Shown: positions 34,710 through 44,646, counted from the first letter of the stretch. The stretch: 44,832 bases of DNA from Spirochaetales bacterium (GCA_016928955.1 JAFGJV010000005.1:1-44832), one strand, 5' to 3'. The notes: generated by a model not told the origin, from the sequence alone. A program made the numbers and translations.

Positions 34710-35729
34710 ATCAAACAGCGATCGTTCCTGGCCCTGGTCGGTTTCGCGGCCGTGTGGATGGCTGCCTTTGCCGTGGCCGCCGTTGGCATGGGTTCCTCTG
34801 CCCTGTCGCCCGTGGTCGGCGATAACGGCCAGACGCTGTACCGCTCTGGAGCGCCCGAGCTTCGTTCCGGCTCCGGCGCGCCGGACCTGCGCGGCCCGAG
34901 CCTGCTCCTTGCCGCCCTCGAGCCAGAGGCGCTCGCCGGGCTGTCGCGTGTCGCCGCCGCCGAGCGGGCTTCTGCCTGGCTGGCCGCGGCAGATCCGCGC
35001 TCGTCGTCGTCCTTGCGATCCCTGACCCTGGCCATTCTGCCCGAGCAACGCTGGTTCCAGGCCCGCCTGATCATGGAACGCGACGACGAAGGTCTGGAAG
35101 ACGACGCCGTGACCGGAGGGGCTTTTGGCGACGCGTACGCGGCCATCCTGGCCCTGGTGCCGTCGTCCAGGGTGTCCAGGGAAGCCCTGGAAAGCGTCCT
35201 GGACACGCTCTGGGCGGAGCGTGTTGCAGCCGACGATCTGCCGGCGGGACCCGTGCCGCCGCTGGCCCGGGCGGACCGCTGGATGCCCACCAAATCGTCG
35301 CTCGCGGTCAGCCACCGCTTTGCCCTGGACGTGTTCTTTACCCGTCTCAAGCGTTCAGGCGCGGCCGAGATCGGGCCTCCCGTCACTTCCATCAGCTCGG
35401 GCATCGTGGTGGCGGCGGCCGATGACTGGCGCGGCGGCGACAAGCCGGAAACCTACAAGTCCGGCGGCCTGTCGCCGCGGGCGGGCAACGGCGTCATTGT
35501 GTACTCGCCCGCGCACCGGCGCTACTATGTGTATTTCCACCTGCATGATGTGGCCGTGCGCCGCGGGGACGTCATACCCGCCGGTCAGCTCCTTGGGCAT
35601 GGCGGCAACACGGGTACCAACGCGCGCAAAAAGGGACACGGAGAGCATTTGCATATAGAAATCCACGAATCCGGCGGCGTGGTATGGACAGGGTACAAAA
35701 TACGCGATTTTCTGATCGGGCTGAAATAA
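34710..35729 (+). CDS. M23-family metallopeptidase, exported (start codon uncertain)
   Basis: HRFALD, GN.VIV, YFHL..V.V.RGD.I.AGQLLG..GNTG, HLHIE; signal-peptide-like N-terminus right after SD GGAGG. Confidence 0.82.
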   Translation: MKQRSFLALVGFAAVWMAAFAVAAVGMGSSALSPVVGDNGQTLYRSGAPELRSGSGAPDLRGPSLLLAALEPEALAGLSRVAAAERASAWLAAADPRSSSSLRSLTLAILPEQRWFQARLIMERDDEGLEDDAVTGGAFGDAYAAILALVPSSRVSREALESVLDTLWAERVAADDLPAGPVPPLARADRWMPTKSSLAVSHRFALDVFFTRLKRSGAAEIGPPVTSISSGIVVAAADDWRGGDKPETYKSGGLSPRAGNGVIVYSPAHRRYYVYFHLHDVAVRRGDVIPAGQLLGHGGNTGTNARKKGHGEHLHIEIHESGGVVWTGYKIRDFLIGLK

Positions 35730-35866
35730 GGCCCGGCTCCCTGGTCGAGCGGCTTTTTAGTGGTATACTAAAGGGAGCGGTTCGTCATCCGTTCATTCGT
35801 GGCCGGATGTTGCCCGCGGCCCGCGGACGGTGCCAAACCGCCCGCCGGTTCCCTCAAGGAGGTTGC

Positions 35867-36871
35867 ATGAAACGCTTGATAGTAGTTGCCTTGATAGTCC
35901 TGGCCGCCGTCGGCGCCTGGGCCCAGACGGACCTTGCCCAGTTCCAGGCCGGCTTCCAGGCCTTTGCTGAGGACATGGCCAAAACCCTGTCGTACAACGC
36001 CACCGTTGGCAACAACTGGTCGGACGCCTATATAGGGCAGTTCCCGCACTTTGGGGCAGGCGTGGCAGTGGGCGCCACCGGCGTGCCCGTGGACAGCGTG
36101 GAAGGGCTCTTTACGGCCATGGGCATTACCCTGCCGACCGAATTCCAGGAAACTGGGCTTCCCATACCCTCGGCGGCCCTGGCAGCCCGCATAGGCGGCT
36201 TTGTCCTGCCCTTTGACCTTGGCCTCAAGGCCATGATCCTGCCGCCTGAGGCCACAGGCTGGCTGTCCAGCGCTGGCGTCGGCGCAGACTACAAGCTCTT
36301 TGGCGGCAACGTGCGCATAGGCCTCGTCAAGGAAGGCACCCTGTTCCCGGACGTGTCCCTGGGCGCCGGCTACAACCGTCTGACCGGCTCCATGCTCAAG
36401 ACCCTGGATGTTGGTACGGCGACCTTCACCTATGAGGATGAGTCAGCTACGTCTCATACACTCGAGGTTTCAGACCCGGACATGGCTCTGAACTGGACAA
36501 CCGACAGCTTTGACTTTACCCTCCAGGTGTCCAAGAAGATCCTCTTTATCCGGCCCTTCGTCGGCGCCGGCTACTCCATGGGTAAGTCGACCGTGAACGG
36601 TGGTATGATGGCTGAAATGCTCTATGACAGCGCTCCCATTGACGCCGCGACCGCCGAAAGTATCAAAGCGGAACTTGAGGCCGCTGGCTACGACATGTCA
36701 GAATTCACTACCGAAGGCTTTATGTTCGCTGCCGAGCACGCCGACCCCGTGTTCCGCCTGTACGGCGGCCTGTCGCTTGAGCTTCTGTTCCTGGCCCTGG
36801 ACCTGCAGGCCCAGTACGTGCCAGCCACCAAGAGCTTTGGCGCCAACGCCATGCTCCGCTTCCAGCTGTAA
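35867..36871 (+). CDS. Exported, probably outer-membrane protein (Lsa36-like spirochaete family)
   Basis: SD AAGGAGG; signal peptide ..GAWA|Q; amphipathic beta strands; ends LRFQL. Family assignment from recollection only. Confidence 0.7.
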   Translation: MKRLIVVALIVLAAVGAWAQTDLAQFQAGFQAFAEDMAKTLSYNATVGNNWSDAYIGQFPHFGAGVAVGATGVPVDSVEGLFTAMGITLPTEFQETGLPIPSAALAARIGGFVLPFDLGLKAMILPPEATGWLSSAGVGADYKLFGGNVRIGLVKEGTLFPDVSLGAGYNRLTGSMLKTLDVGTATFTYEDESATSHTLEVSDPDMALNWTTDSFDFTLQVSKKILFIRPFVGAGYSMGKSTVNGGMMAEMLYDSAPIDAATAESIKAELEAAGYDMSEFTTEGFMFAAEHADPVFRLYGGLSLELLFLALDLQAQYVPATKSFGANAMLRFQL

Positions 36872-36884
36872 GAAGAACAACAGC

Positions 36885-36920
36885 AAAAAAAGGAGGCCCG
36901 TCCTGGGCCTCCTTTTTTTT
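36885..36920. terminator. Bidirectional Rho-independent terminator
   Basis: A-tract, AGGAGGCCC-gtcct-GGGCCTCCT, T-tract. Confidence 0.9.
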
Positions 36921-37214
36921 AACGCTCACGACGCACAACTTCCAGAATCACGGCCAGACGCTGGATGCCGGCAAAGCAAACTGCGTTATCAGCAGCCTGT
37001 TATGCTTGACAGCCGGCAGAAATGGCCAATGCTTTATTGCGTGCTCGCACCCGTAATGTGCTGCGGCAGATGTATCAGGATGGAGCCTTCTAAAACCTTC
37101 AGCTTTTAGAGGGTTACCTTAAAAAACCTAGCTTTTTTGACATAAAACGCAGGGAAGCCCCAATAACCATGGGTTTGCAGAGGTTCCCGGATGTCGAAAG
37201 GATAAAGCCACCCG

Positions 37215-38383
37215 ATGAAGCTATTTGGTTCAAAGCCCAGACTGCCAGACAGGGAATGTTTTGTCCGTGCGGCACAGTCCAAGCCCTATATCCACCGTCC
37301 CAGCGCGGCCACCATCGAACTCGAAGACAAGGAACCAAGGCAGAATGCCTGGGGCATGCTAGGCACGGGAATTTTCATCCTTGGGTTTTGTGCCGTTGCG
37401 CTGTTCGCCTTTCCAGATCCGGCTGATCACCAGGCGGCCCTAGCTGGCAGCGCAGTTTTCATCCCAATCGGGCTCGGGCTTGCTATTTTCAGCGTGAATT
37501 TACACGTAGCGTTTACACGCGTAGGGATTGCACACGACACGGTATCCTGGCAGCGGCGCAATCTTTTTGGAGTACGCTCGTTCGAGGAGTCGCTGTCTTC
37601 CTACCTGTGCATCACCCCGCTCGCGCTAACCCATAGTAGCGATGGAGAATTAGCAGGAGTGATCCATTATGCTCGACTGATACACTCTGTGGATCCCGCG
37701 CGAGATGTGGTTTTCCCCGTCCGTGCACAGGATGAGATACAGATGATTCTTGACCGCGGTGGAGAGCGCGAAGCGTTTGAGAATTTGGCTCGAAATTTAG
37801 ATTTGCCGCTGGCGACTGTGCGTACTGACGGGAACATATCATTCCGACATCCTGACGCTCTTGACCAGTCGGTGTACATGCAGATATCAGACACGCCGCC
37901 GATACCCGCCGATGGGTCGTTTCCACCAAAAAAATACCATTTGACCGTGTTACCCGACGGTTTTGATGCCGTAAGGACATACCGTCTTTATCTCTTACCC
38001 TTTCTTGGTTTCTCCGGGTCCGCAGCACTGGTGCATCGTTTCAACCATATTATCAACGCCGGGTTCGGGCTGCCCCTTGTGCTGGTCATGTTCTCTCTGT
38101 TCATGCTCGCCTTCTCCCTGACACGTTTCCGCCTGACCCTCCGCAGCGGCATACTCGAACAAACGACATCTATTGCATGGTTCCGCATACATGAAAAGCG
38201 CATGACCCTGTCAGAGATCGAGGAGTTGGGCCGGATAATCGATCCCCTAACGCGCCGCGGCTGCTCCGTATAGCCTCAGATTCAGCCACCATATCCTGGG
38301 CTGAGGGCGATAAGACCGAGGTGCAGGGATGGTTCGAAAACGCCATACTAAGGCAGTTGGCCTCTATAGACAAGCATTCATAG
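37215..38383 (+). pseudogene. Low-GC hypothetical membrane protein with an apparent frameshift near the 3' end
   Basis: ORF 37215-38273 has two TM pairs. A protein-like continuation (LLRIASDSATISWAEG...WFENAILRQL) lies in another frame, ending at TAG 38381-38383. Confidence 0.55.
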
Positions 38384-38425
38384 TCCAAGCCCAGATCCCT
38401 TTTCCAGAAACGCCAGATCTCCCGC

Positions 38426-38454
38426 TTCACTTTTCGGGGCTCCCACGCTAGTAT
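38426..38454 (+). promoter_or_regulatory. Putative leaderless promoter of glk
   Basis: TTCACT-N17-TAGTAT-N6-ATG(38461); no SD. Confidence 0.55.
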
Positions 38455-38460
38455 GGCCCC

Positions 38461-39510
38461 ATGATGGCAGACACGCCCACACCGCTCGTACTTGCCGCCG
38501 ACATAGGCGGCACCAACACCAACCTGGCTGTCATGGACCGGGACCGCATCCTGTTTTCCAGGCGCTACGCAACAGGCGCGGATCCCAGTCCCGAGGCCGC
38601 CCTCCTGCGCTTCCTGTCCGAGGCAGACGCGTCATCCGTACCCCGGCCGTCCCTGTCCTGCGTGTGCGGGGCCGGCCTTGTGCGCGATGGCGTCATCCGT
38701 ATGAGCAACGCTGCATGGATACTGGATCAAGCCGCCATAGCAGCGTCCCTAGGCATGCCGTGTTTCCTCATCAACGATTTCAGCGCCGTGGCCTGGGGCA
38801 TCCTGACCCTACATGCCGGCAACGACGATGAACTAGCCGTCCTCCGCAAGCCCGACGGAAGCTTCGCGCACGCTGACGCCTGGGGACCCATGGTCGCCCT
38901 TGGAGCTGGTACCGGCCTTGGCTGCGCCTGGATAACCCGCGACGGCGGTAGGCCCCGCGTGTACCCTTCGGAAGGCGGGCATGTGAGCATTCCCGTATAC
39001 GACGACCAAAGCGAGCGCCTGGCCTCCTGGCTCAAGGCGCGCTACTCCAGCCCGGCCGGCGTTGAGGCGGCCGTTTCCGGCCAGGGCCTTGCCAACATAT
39101 TTCTCTTCCTGTCTGGCGTGGACGCACATCCCACGCAAGCTTCGCTCGACATACTTTCTCAGCCTGAGTCCAGGCGCCCCGCCCTGATAGCGGCAGCGGC
39201 CGGAAGCGACAGCCTGTGCGCAAGGGCCATGACCATGTTCGTCGAACTGTACGCGCGCACCGCGGCCAACATGGCCCTGGCCTTCATGCCGTCCGGAGGC
39301 ATATACCTGGCCGGCGGGGTGGCCGCCAAGAACCTGGCCTGGTTCACGGACGGAGCCTTGTTCATGAGGAATTTCCTGGACTCGTACCGCGAGCATACCC
39401 GCGCCATCCTGGAAGACACCCCGGTATACGTGGTGAGGAACTACGACATATCGCTGGTCGGAGCCTCGTACGCCGCCCGCGTGCTGTCGGGAGCGGAGGA
39501 CTCTGCATGA
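38461..39510 (+). CDS. glk: Glucokinase
   Basis: ADIGGTN, LINDF, GAGTGLG, SEGGH, E..VSG.GL, GGIYLAGG. Confidence 0.92.
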   Translation: MMADTPTPLVLAADIGGTNTNLAVMDRDRILFSRRYATGADPSPEAALLRFLSEADASSVPRPSLSCVCGAGLVRDGVIRMSNAAWILDQAAIAASLGMPCFLINDFSAVAWGILTLHAGNDDELAVLRKPDGSFAHADAWGPMVALGAGTGLGCAWITRDGGRPRVYPSEGGHVSIPVYDDQSERLASWLKARYSSPAGVEAAVSGQGLANIFLFLSGVDAHPTQASLDILSQPESRRPALIAAAAGSDSLCARAMTMFVELYARTAANMALAFMPSGGIYLAGGVAAKNLAWFTDGALFMRNFLDSYREHTRAILEDTPVYVVRNYDISLVGASYAARVLSGAEDSA

Positions 39511-41045
39511 AGCCGATAACCGGGCATCCGGGCCGCTCGTCGCTGAGTCCCGCCCTCGTCGCGGACATGGAAAACAAAGGCATTGACATAGACCGCAGCC
39601 TGGCCGTGCTTGACCTGATCAATGGCGACCATGGCGACGACAGCGCTTCCCAGCCGTCGTTCCGCATCCCCCAGGTGGACGGGCGGCGCGTGGTTGACGC
39701 CAGGGGCCTTGGCGGCTTCTCGGTCGACCGCGACGCGGCCTTGGCCCGGCTGTCAGAACTCGGCATGCGGGCCCCGCCCGATCTCGAGCGCCGGGGAACG
39801 GACCTTGTATTCACACGGTCCGAGCTCGTGGCCCTGGGAGAGGAGCTTTTGGGCCAGGCCGCCTGGGGCGTGCTCAACGGAGGCTCGGCCACCAGCTACG
39901 CCGATAGGAAGAAAAACCAGGCGCTAGGGCCGCACGTATACGCTGCCATCCAACCGGGCTTTGAGCTCCTGGCTCCGCTGTGCGAGGGAGCGCCCAAAGG
40001 GCTCACGCCGGCGTATATCAACCCGGACGGCACGCCGGGGGAAAGCTTCCTGGTACTCAAGATGAGGGCGGCCTTGCGCCTTGCCGAACGCGCGGCCGGG
40101 AGGCTGGGCGGCCATTGTCGTCGCCCCATACTCCCCTTCTTCCAAATGACCAGCGACGCCACCGACATAGCCCTGCGCATAGCCTACGCCGAGTGGGACC
40201 ATCACCCCTGGCTACCCCCTGTCCGGACGGACGTGTGCGCCGATCCGCGCCATGGCCTGTCTGCCGTCCAGCCCTTGATGTCCGCGTATACCCACAGCGC
40301 CGACGGGCTGCCACGCCGCGTCTTTGACCGCGCCTGGGGCAAGGAGCATAGCGCCCTGGCCCTGCCCGGCGGCCACGGCCAGAGCTTCTGGGTGCTTGCT
40401 GGCGTATACCGCTCGCTCCTGGACCAGGGCTACCGTTACGCATGGATAGGCAACGTGGACAACTCGGGCTACGGCCCCGCCCCCCTGGCCCTTGCCGTGT
40501 TCGCGCTGTCGGGAAGCGAGGCTGCCTACGAGCTGGCGTACCGGACGCCGGTGGACATCAAGGGCGGCATCCTGGTTGAGGACGAGCAAGGAAAACTCAC
40601 CATAGCCGAGCTTGGCCAGGCCATGAGCCTGGACAGGGCGCTTGAACACGAGCGGAACGGGGCCCGCATCCTGTTCAACTGCGCCACCGGACTCTTTGAC
40701 CTGGCAGCCCTTGTTCCAAGGCTCGACGACATAGCTGACGCCCTGCCGCTCCGCGTGTCCGAACAGGATAAGGACTCAGGCAGGTACAGCCAGGCCGAAC
40801 AGAACACCTGGGAATCCATGGCCCTGTTCGATAGCCCTCTGTGCCTGGCGGTGGACAAGGCGGAACGCTTCATGCCGGCCAAGCTCCTGGCCGAGACCAT
40901 CCTGGCCAGCGGCATAGTTCCGGGATCGGCTGTGCCGCCGGACGTGGCTGCAACTGCGCGCGGCCTCTCGGAAGGCATGGCCCATTTCCTGGCCGGACCC
41001 TGCGGCCTTGAGCTGAAAGGCGGCCGCTGGCAGCCGCCCGCATAA
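39507..41045 (+). CDS. UTP--glucose-1-phosphate uridylyltransferase, eukaryote-type UDPGP family
   Basis: LNGGSATSY..K, PKG, FQMTS, PGGHG, GNVDN, KGG, FNC motifs; ATGA overlap with glk; SD GGAGG. Confidence 0.85.
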   Translation: MKPITGHPGRSSLSPALVADMENKGIDIDRSLAVLDLINGDHGDDSASQPSFRIPQVDGRRVVDARGLGGFSVDRDAALARLSELGMRAPPDLERRGTDLVFTRSELVALGEELLGQAAWGVLNGGSATSYADRKKNQALGPHVYAAIQPGFELLAPLCEGAPKGLTPAYINPDGTPGESFLVLKMRAALRLAERAAGRLGGHCRRPILPFFQMTSDATDIALRIAYAEWDHHPWLPPVRTDVCADPRHGLSAVQPLMSAYTHSADGLPRRVFDRAWGKEHSALALPGGHGQSFWVLAGVYRSLLDQGYRYAWIGNVDNSGYGPAPLALAVFALSGSEAAYELAYRTPVDIKGGILVEDEQGKLTIAELGQAMSLDRALEHERNGARILFNCATGLFDLAALVPRLDDIADALPLRVSEQDKDSGRYSQAEQNTWESMALFDSPLCLAVDKAERFMPAKLLAETILASGIVPGSAVPPDVAATARGLSEGMAHFLAGPCGLELKGGRWQPPA

Positions 41046-41063
41046 GCCCCGCCCCACAGGCTG

Positions 41064-43415
41064 CTAAAGGCCCAAGGCCAGGGCCAGAACCTCCTCCATA
41101 CGCTCCACCGGATGGAAGGCAATGCCTTTCTTCACGTGCTCGGGTATGTCCTCCAGGTCCTTCTCGTTGCCCTTGGGTATGATGATATCGCGTATCTTGT
41201 TGCGTTTGGCGGCCACCGTCTTTTCCCGCAAGCCCCCGATGGGTAGAACCTGCCCGGTCAGGGACAGCTCGCCGGTCATGGCCAGCCTGTCCTTGATGCG
41301 CTTGCCCGTGACCAGCGACACCAAGGCCGTGGCCATGGTGATGCCCGCCGACGGCCCGTCCTTGGGCGTGGCTCCCTCGGGTATGTGCAGGTGTATCTGC
41401 CGTTCCTCGAAATACGACGCTTTGATGCCCCGCGCCTCGGCCACGTGATGCCTCACCCAGGTGTAGGCTATGCCGGCCGATTCCTGCATGACAGAGCCCA
41501 TCTGTCCGGTCAGCTTGAAGCCTTCCTTGCCCGGATTGCTGACAGCCTCTATGATGAGCGTCTCGCCTCCCATGCTCGTCCACGCAAGGCCAACGGCCAT
41601 GCCCGGCACCGTGGCGCGCTTGATGTCGTCCGCGTCAAACCGCGCTTTTCCGAGGTATTTTTCCAGGGACGGCTTGTCCACCTCGAAGCGTTTCTTGTCG
41701 CACCCATGTCCGGTAACAACCTGCAGGGCTATCTTCCTGTGTATCCGGTCCAGGTATTTCTCAAAGTTCCTGACGCCGGCCTCGCGGGCATAGCCCTCCG
41801 CAATGGCCGACAAGGCGTCACGCGTGTATTTGATCTGCGTTTTCTTGAGCCCGGTGCGATCCAGGCTTTTGGGTATCAGGTAGGTACGCGCGATTTCCAG
41901 CTTTTCGCTGTCCACATACCCAGGCAGTTGGATGATTTCCATGCGGTCGCGCAGGGGGGCCGGAATGGTGTCCAGGGTGTTGGCCGTCACGATAAAGAAC
42001 ACGTTGGATACGTCGAATGGAAGGTCCAGGTAATGGTCGCGGAACGAGTTGTTCTGTTCCGGATCCAGCACCTCAAGGAGGGCGCTGGACGGGTCGCCCT
42101 GGTAGCTCGAACCCATCTTGTCGATCTCGTCGATCATGAACACCGGGTCCCTTGTCTTGGCGATTTTCAGTCCTTGTATTATCTTGCCCGGCAGGGCCCC
42201 CACGTAGGTACGACGATGTCCCTTGATCTCAGCCTCGTCGCGCATGCCGCCCACGCTGAAGCGGAAGAATTCCTTGCCCAGGGCACGCGCTATGGATTTT
42301 CCGACACTGGTCTTTCCAACGCCGGGGGGGCCCACTAGGCACAGGATCGACCCGCGCGAGTCCTTCTTGAGCTTGCGTACAGCCAGGTATTCCATGATAC
42401 GGTCTTTCACATCCTTGAGGCCGTAATGGTCGGCTTCTAGGATTTCCCTGGCCGACTTCATGTCAAAATCCTTGCTCGGCCCTGCCTTCCATGGCAGGTT
42501 GCACACCAGGTCCAGCCAGTTGCGGGTAACGATGAACTCGCTGGAATTGGGATCCATCAGGTTGAATTTCTCGAGCTCCTGGTCGACCAACTCCTTAACC
42601 TCGCCCTGGAACCCGAAGGAATCCAGCTTTTCCTTGAAGCGCTGGTAGTCGGAGCTCTTGGCGTCCGACGGCATCCCAAGTTCCTGCTTGATGGCCTTGA
42701 GCTCCTCTTTGAGAAAGTACTCGCGCTGGCTTTTTTCTATCTTCTCGTTGATCTCGCTCTGGATTTTCTTCTGGATGCGGAGCAGTTCCTGCTCGCGCTT
42801 TATGAAGATGAGGACGCGCTCCATCCGTTCCTTGACGTCGGTGAGCTCGAGTATCTTCTGCTGCTCGTTTTTGTCTATGTTGAGTATGCTGGCAATAAAG
42901 TCTGCTATCTTGCCCGGATGGTCAATGTTGATCATGTTCAGGCGCATTTCCTCTGAGAACAGCGGATTGTTCTCAGACACCTGTTTCATCTCGGACAGGA
43001 GCGCACGCGTGAGCGCCTTGATCTCGTCCGGCCCCTCGCCCTGGTCCTCCAGGTACTCAACGGCCGCCACGATGGGCTGTTCCTTGGCCAGGGCTTTCTT
43101 GATCTTGAAGCGCTTGAGCGTCGATATGAAGATATTGACCGAACCGTCCGGCAGGTTTATCCGCTTGACGATCTTGGCCACCGTGCCCACCTGGTGCAGA
43201 TCGCTTGCCATGGGCTTCTCGGTTTCCTCCCTGACGAGCACCAGGCCGACGATGCCGTCCGCCTGGATGGCGTCGTCGACCGTTCGTATGTCTTCCTGGC
43301 TTCCAAGCATAATGGGTGTGAAAATACCAGGAAAAATTGGCTTACCGTTCAGCGGGATAATCGGTATCTTGTTCGGCAGAATCATTTCAATGGGTACGAT
43401 CTGGTTGTCTGGCAT
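41064..43415 (-). CDS. lon: ATP-dependent Lon protease
   Basis: Lon N-domain, GPPGVGKT, GHRRTYVGALPG, DEIDK, PKDGPSAG, GGLREK; SD AAGGAGG before ATG 43415. Confidence 0.97.
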   Translation of the reverse strand: MPDNQIVPIEMILPNKIPIIPLNGKPIFPGIFTPIMLGSQEDIRTVDDAIQADGIVGLVLVREETEKPMASDLHQVGTVAKIVKRINLPDGSVNIFISTLKRFKIKKALAKEQPIVAAVEYLEDQGEGPDEIKALTRALLSEMKQVSENNPLFSEEMRLNMINIDHPGKIADFIASILNIDKNEQQKILELTDVKERMERVLIFIKREQELLRIQKKIQSEINEKIEKSQREYFLKEELKAIKQELGMPSDAKSSDYQRFKEKLDSFGFQGEVKELVDQELEKFNLMDPNSSEFIVTRNWLDLVCNLPWKAGPSKDFDMKSAREILEADHYGLKDVKDRIMEYLAVRKLKKDSRGSILCLVGPPGVGKTSVGKSIARALGKEFFRFSVGGMRDEAEIKGHRRTYVGALPGKIIQGLKIAKTRDPVFMIDEIDKMGSSYQGDPSSALLEVLDPEQNNSFRDHYLDLPFDVSNVFFIVTANTLDTIPAPLRDRMEIIQLPGYVDSEKLEIARTYLIPKSLDRTGLKKTQIKYTRDALSAIAEGYAREAGVRNFEKYLDRIHRKIALQVVTGHGCDKKRFEVDKPSLEKYLGKARFDADDIKRATVPGMAVGLAWTSMGGETLIIEAVSNPGKEGFKLTGQMGSVMQESAGIAYTWVRHHVAEARGIKASYFEERQIHLHIPEGATPKDGPSAGITMATALVSLVTGKRIKDRLAMTGELSLTGQVLPIGGLREKTVAAKRNKIRDIIIPKGNEKDLEDIPEHVKKGIAFHPVERMEEVLALALGL

Positions 43416-43494
43416 GTTCCGCCTCCTTTTCGAATCGATTGGCGACAATCATTGTCCTTGTGTACCAAGGATCAACATAAAGAACCAACCATAA

Positions 43495-43531
43495 AATATA
43501 GAGTTTTAACCCGATTTGACAAGTTTTGACC
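43495..43531 (-). promoter_or_regulatory. Putative lon promoter overlapped by three CtsR-like heptad direct repeats
   Basis: Minus strand GGTCAAA-act-TGTCAAA-tcg-GGTTAAA (43531-43505); TTGTCA-N16-TATATT. Confidence 0.6.
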
Positions 43532-43680
43532 GAGGAATATAAAGGTTCAACCCTCTGTTTGACGTTTTTGGCGACTCTCGACTGGTGTGACGAAGCTTTG
43601 ATGTCCTTGGAACTTGATGGCTGGCACCCGCCGCCCATGGTATTGTGCTCGGGACCCTTCCTGCATGGCAGGCGAGCGTA

Positions 43681-44640
43681 TCAGAGAACGGTCGACAACA
43701 TGCGCTTCAGTGCCTGTGCGTCCAGGGCCATACCAGGCACCTGTATAGCACGTTCGGCCGTCCAGTTTCCCAATCTCAAGCAACGCGGTACCGGGCTTCC
43801 AGATAGGGCGGCCATCAGGAACCCTGCCGAAAACGCGTCGCCCGCTCCAGTCTCGTCAAACACGTCTATGGAACGCACGGAGCTTTCAACGATACGGCCA
43901 TCGTGCATGCACACCGAGCCCGAAGCCGCCCTCTTCACAACGACCGTGCCCTTGGCCCCAGACGCGAAAGGCGCAAGAGCCTCGTCGACTCCGGCGCCGG
44001 CAAGAGTGGTGAACTCGTCCTCATTCATGAACACCCAGTCACAGTCTTCTTTGATCATGCGCATAAAGAGGGAACGGTGGGTGCTTGCCAGACGCTTGCT
44101 ACCTATGTCCAGGGCAAAACGGATGCCCCTCTCCCTTGCCCGTTCTGCCAAACGCGACAGGACAGCATCGCCAAGGGCCAAAAACCCGTCGGCGTACACC
44201 AGGTCGCTACCCGCAAAGAAATCGTCAGGGATCGCGGCCGGATCGAGCGTAGGCGCCACTCCGGGCTCCACAACCACCGTCCGGGTCCCGCTTGCCGGTT
44301 GCAGTACACAAAAAATTCCCGTCAGTCCCTCGCGCGCCTGCACGAAAGACCGCACTCCGGCGGACACGAGGTCGTCCGTATAGTGTTTACCAAGGGCGTC
44401 TGAGCCAACCGCACCGGCGTAGGCGGCCGCACCCCCCAGGGCCGCAAAGGCGCGTGCCGTGTTGGCCGCTCCACCCCCTGCCACCATGATCGGGTCTGCC
44501 AGGCGCTCCAGCAACCTGTTGATCTCAGCCCTGCTGGCATGCCGGGTAGTCCCCCTGTGTATGCCCATGAGAGCCCCAAGCTCGTCATTCTCAGTAGCGA
44601 TAACGTCAACAAGCGCATTACCCGCACTGGCAAGCTTCAT
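43681..44640 (-). CDS. PfkB-family carbohydrate/nucleoside (adenosine-like) kinase
   Basis: GNALVD, AGGGAANT, VGSDALG, MNEDE, DETGAGDAFSAGF. Confidence 0.92.
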   Translation of the reverse strand: MKLASAGNALVDVIATENDELGALMGIHRGTTRHASRAEINRLLERLADPIMVAGGGAANTARAFAALGGAAAYAGAVGSDALGKHYTDDLVSAGVRSFVQAREGLTGIFCVLQPASGTRTVVVEPGVAPTLDPAAIPDDFFAGSDLVYADGFLALGDAVLSRLAERARERGIRFALDIGSKRLASTHRSLFMRMIKEDCDWVFMNEDEFTTLAGAGVDEALAPFASGAKGTVVVKRAASGSVCMHDGRIVESSVRSIDVFDETGAGDAFSAGFLMAALSGSPVPRCLRLGNWTAERAIQVPGMALDAQALKRMLSTVL

Positions 44641-44646
44641 ACGGTG

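Noticed and set aside
37086..37140. AT-rich hairpin and imperfect direct repeat upstream of the low-GC gene
   Set aside because: Low complexity with mismatches; no function can be supported.
43440..43560. CIRCE/HrcA site upstream of lon
   Set aside because: No TTAGCACTC-N9-GAGTGCTAA match.
43526..44383. 285-aa plus-strand ORF
   Set aside because: Antisense to the pfkB gene, TTG start, no recognisable motifs.
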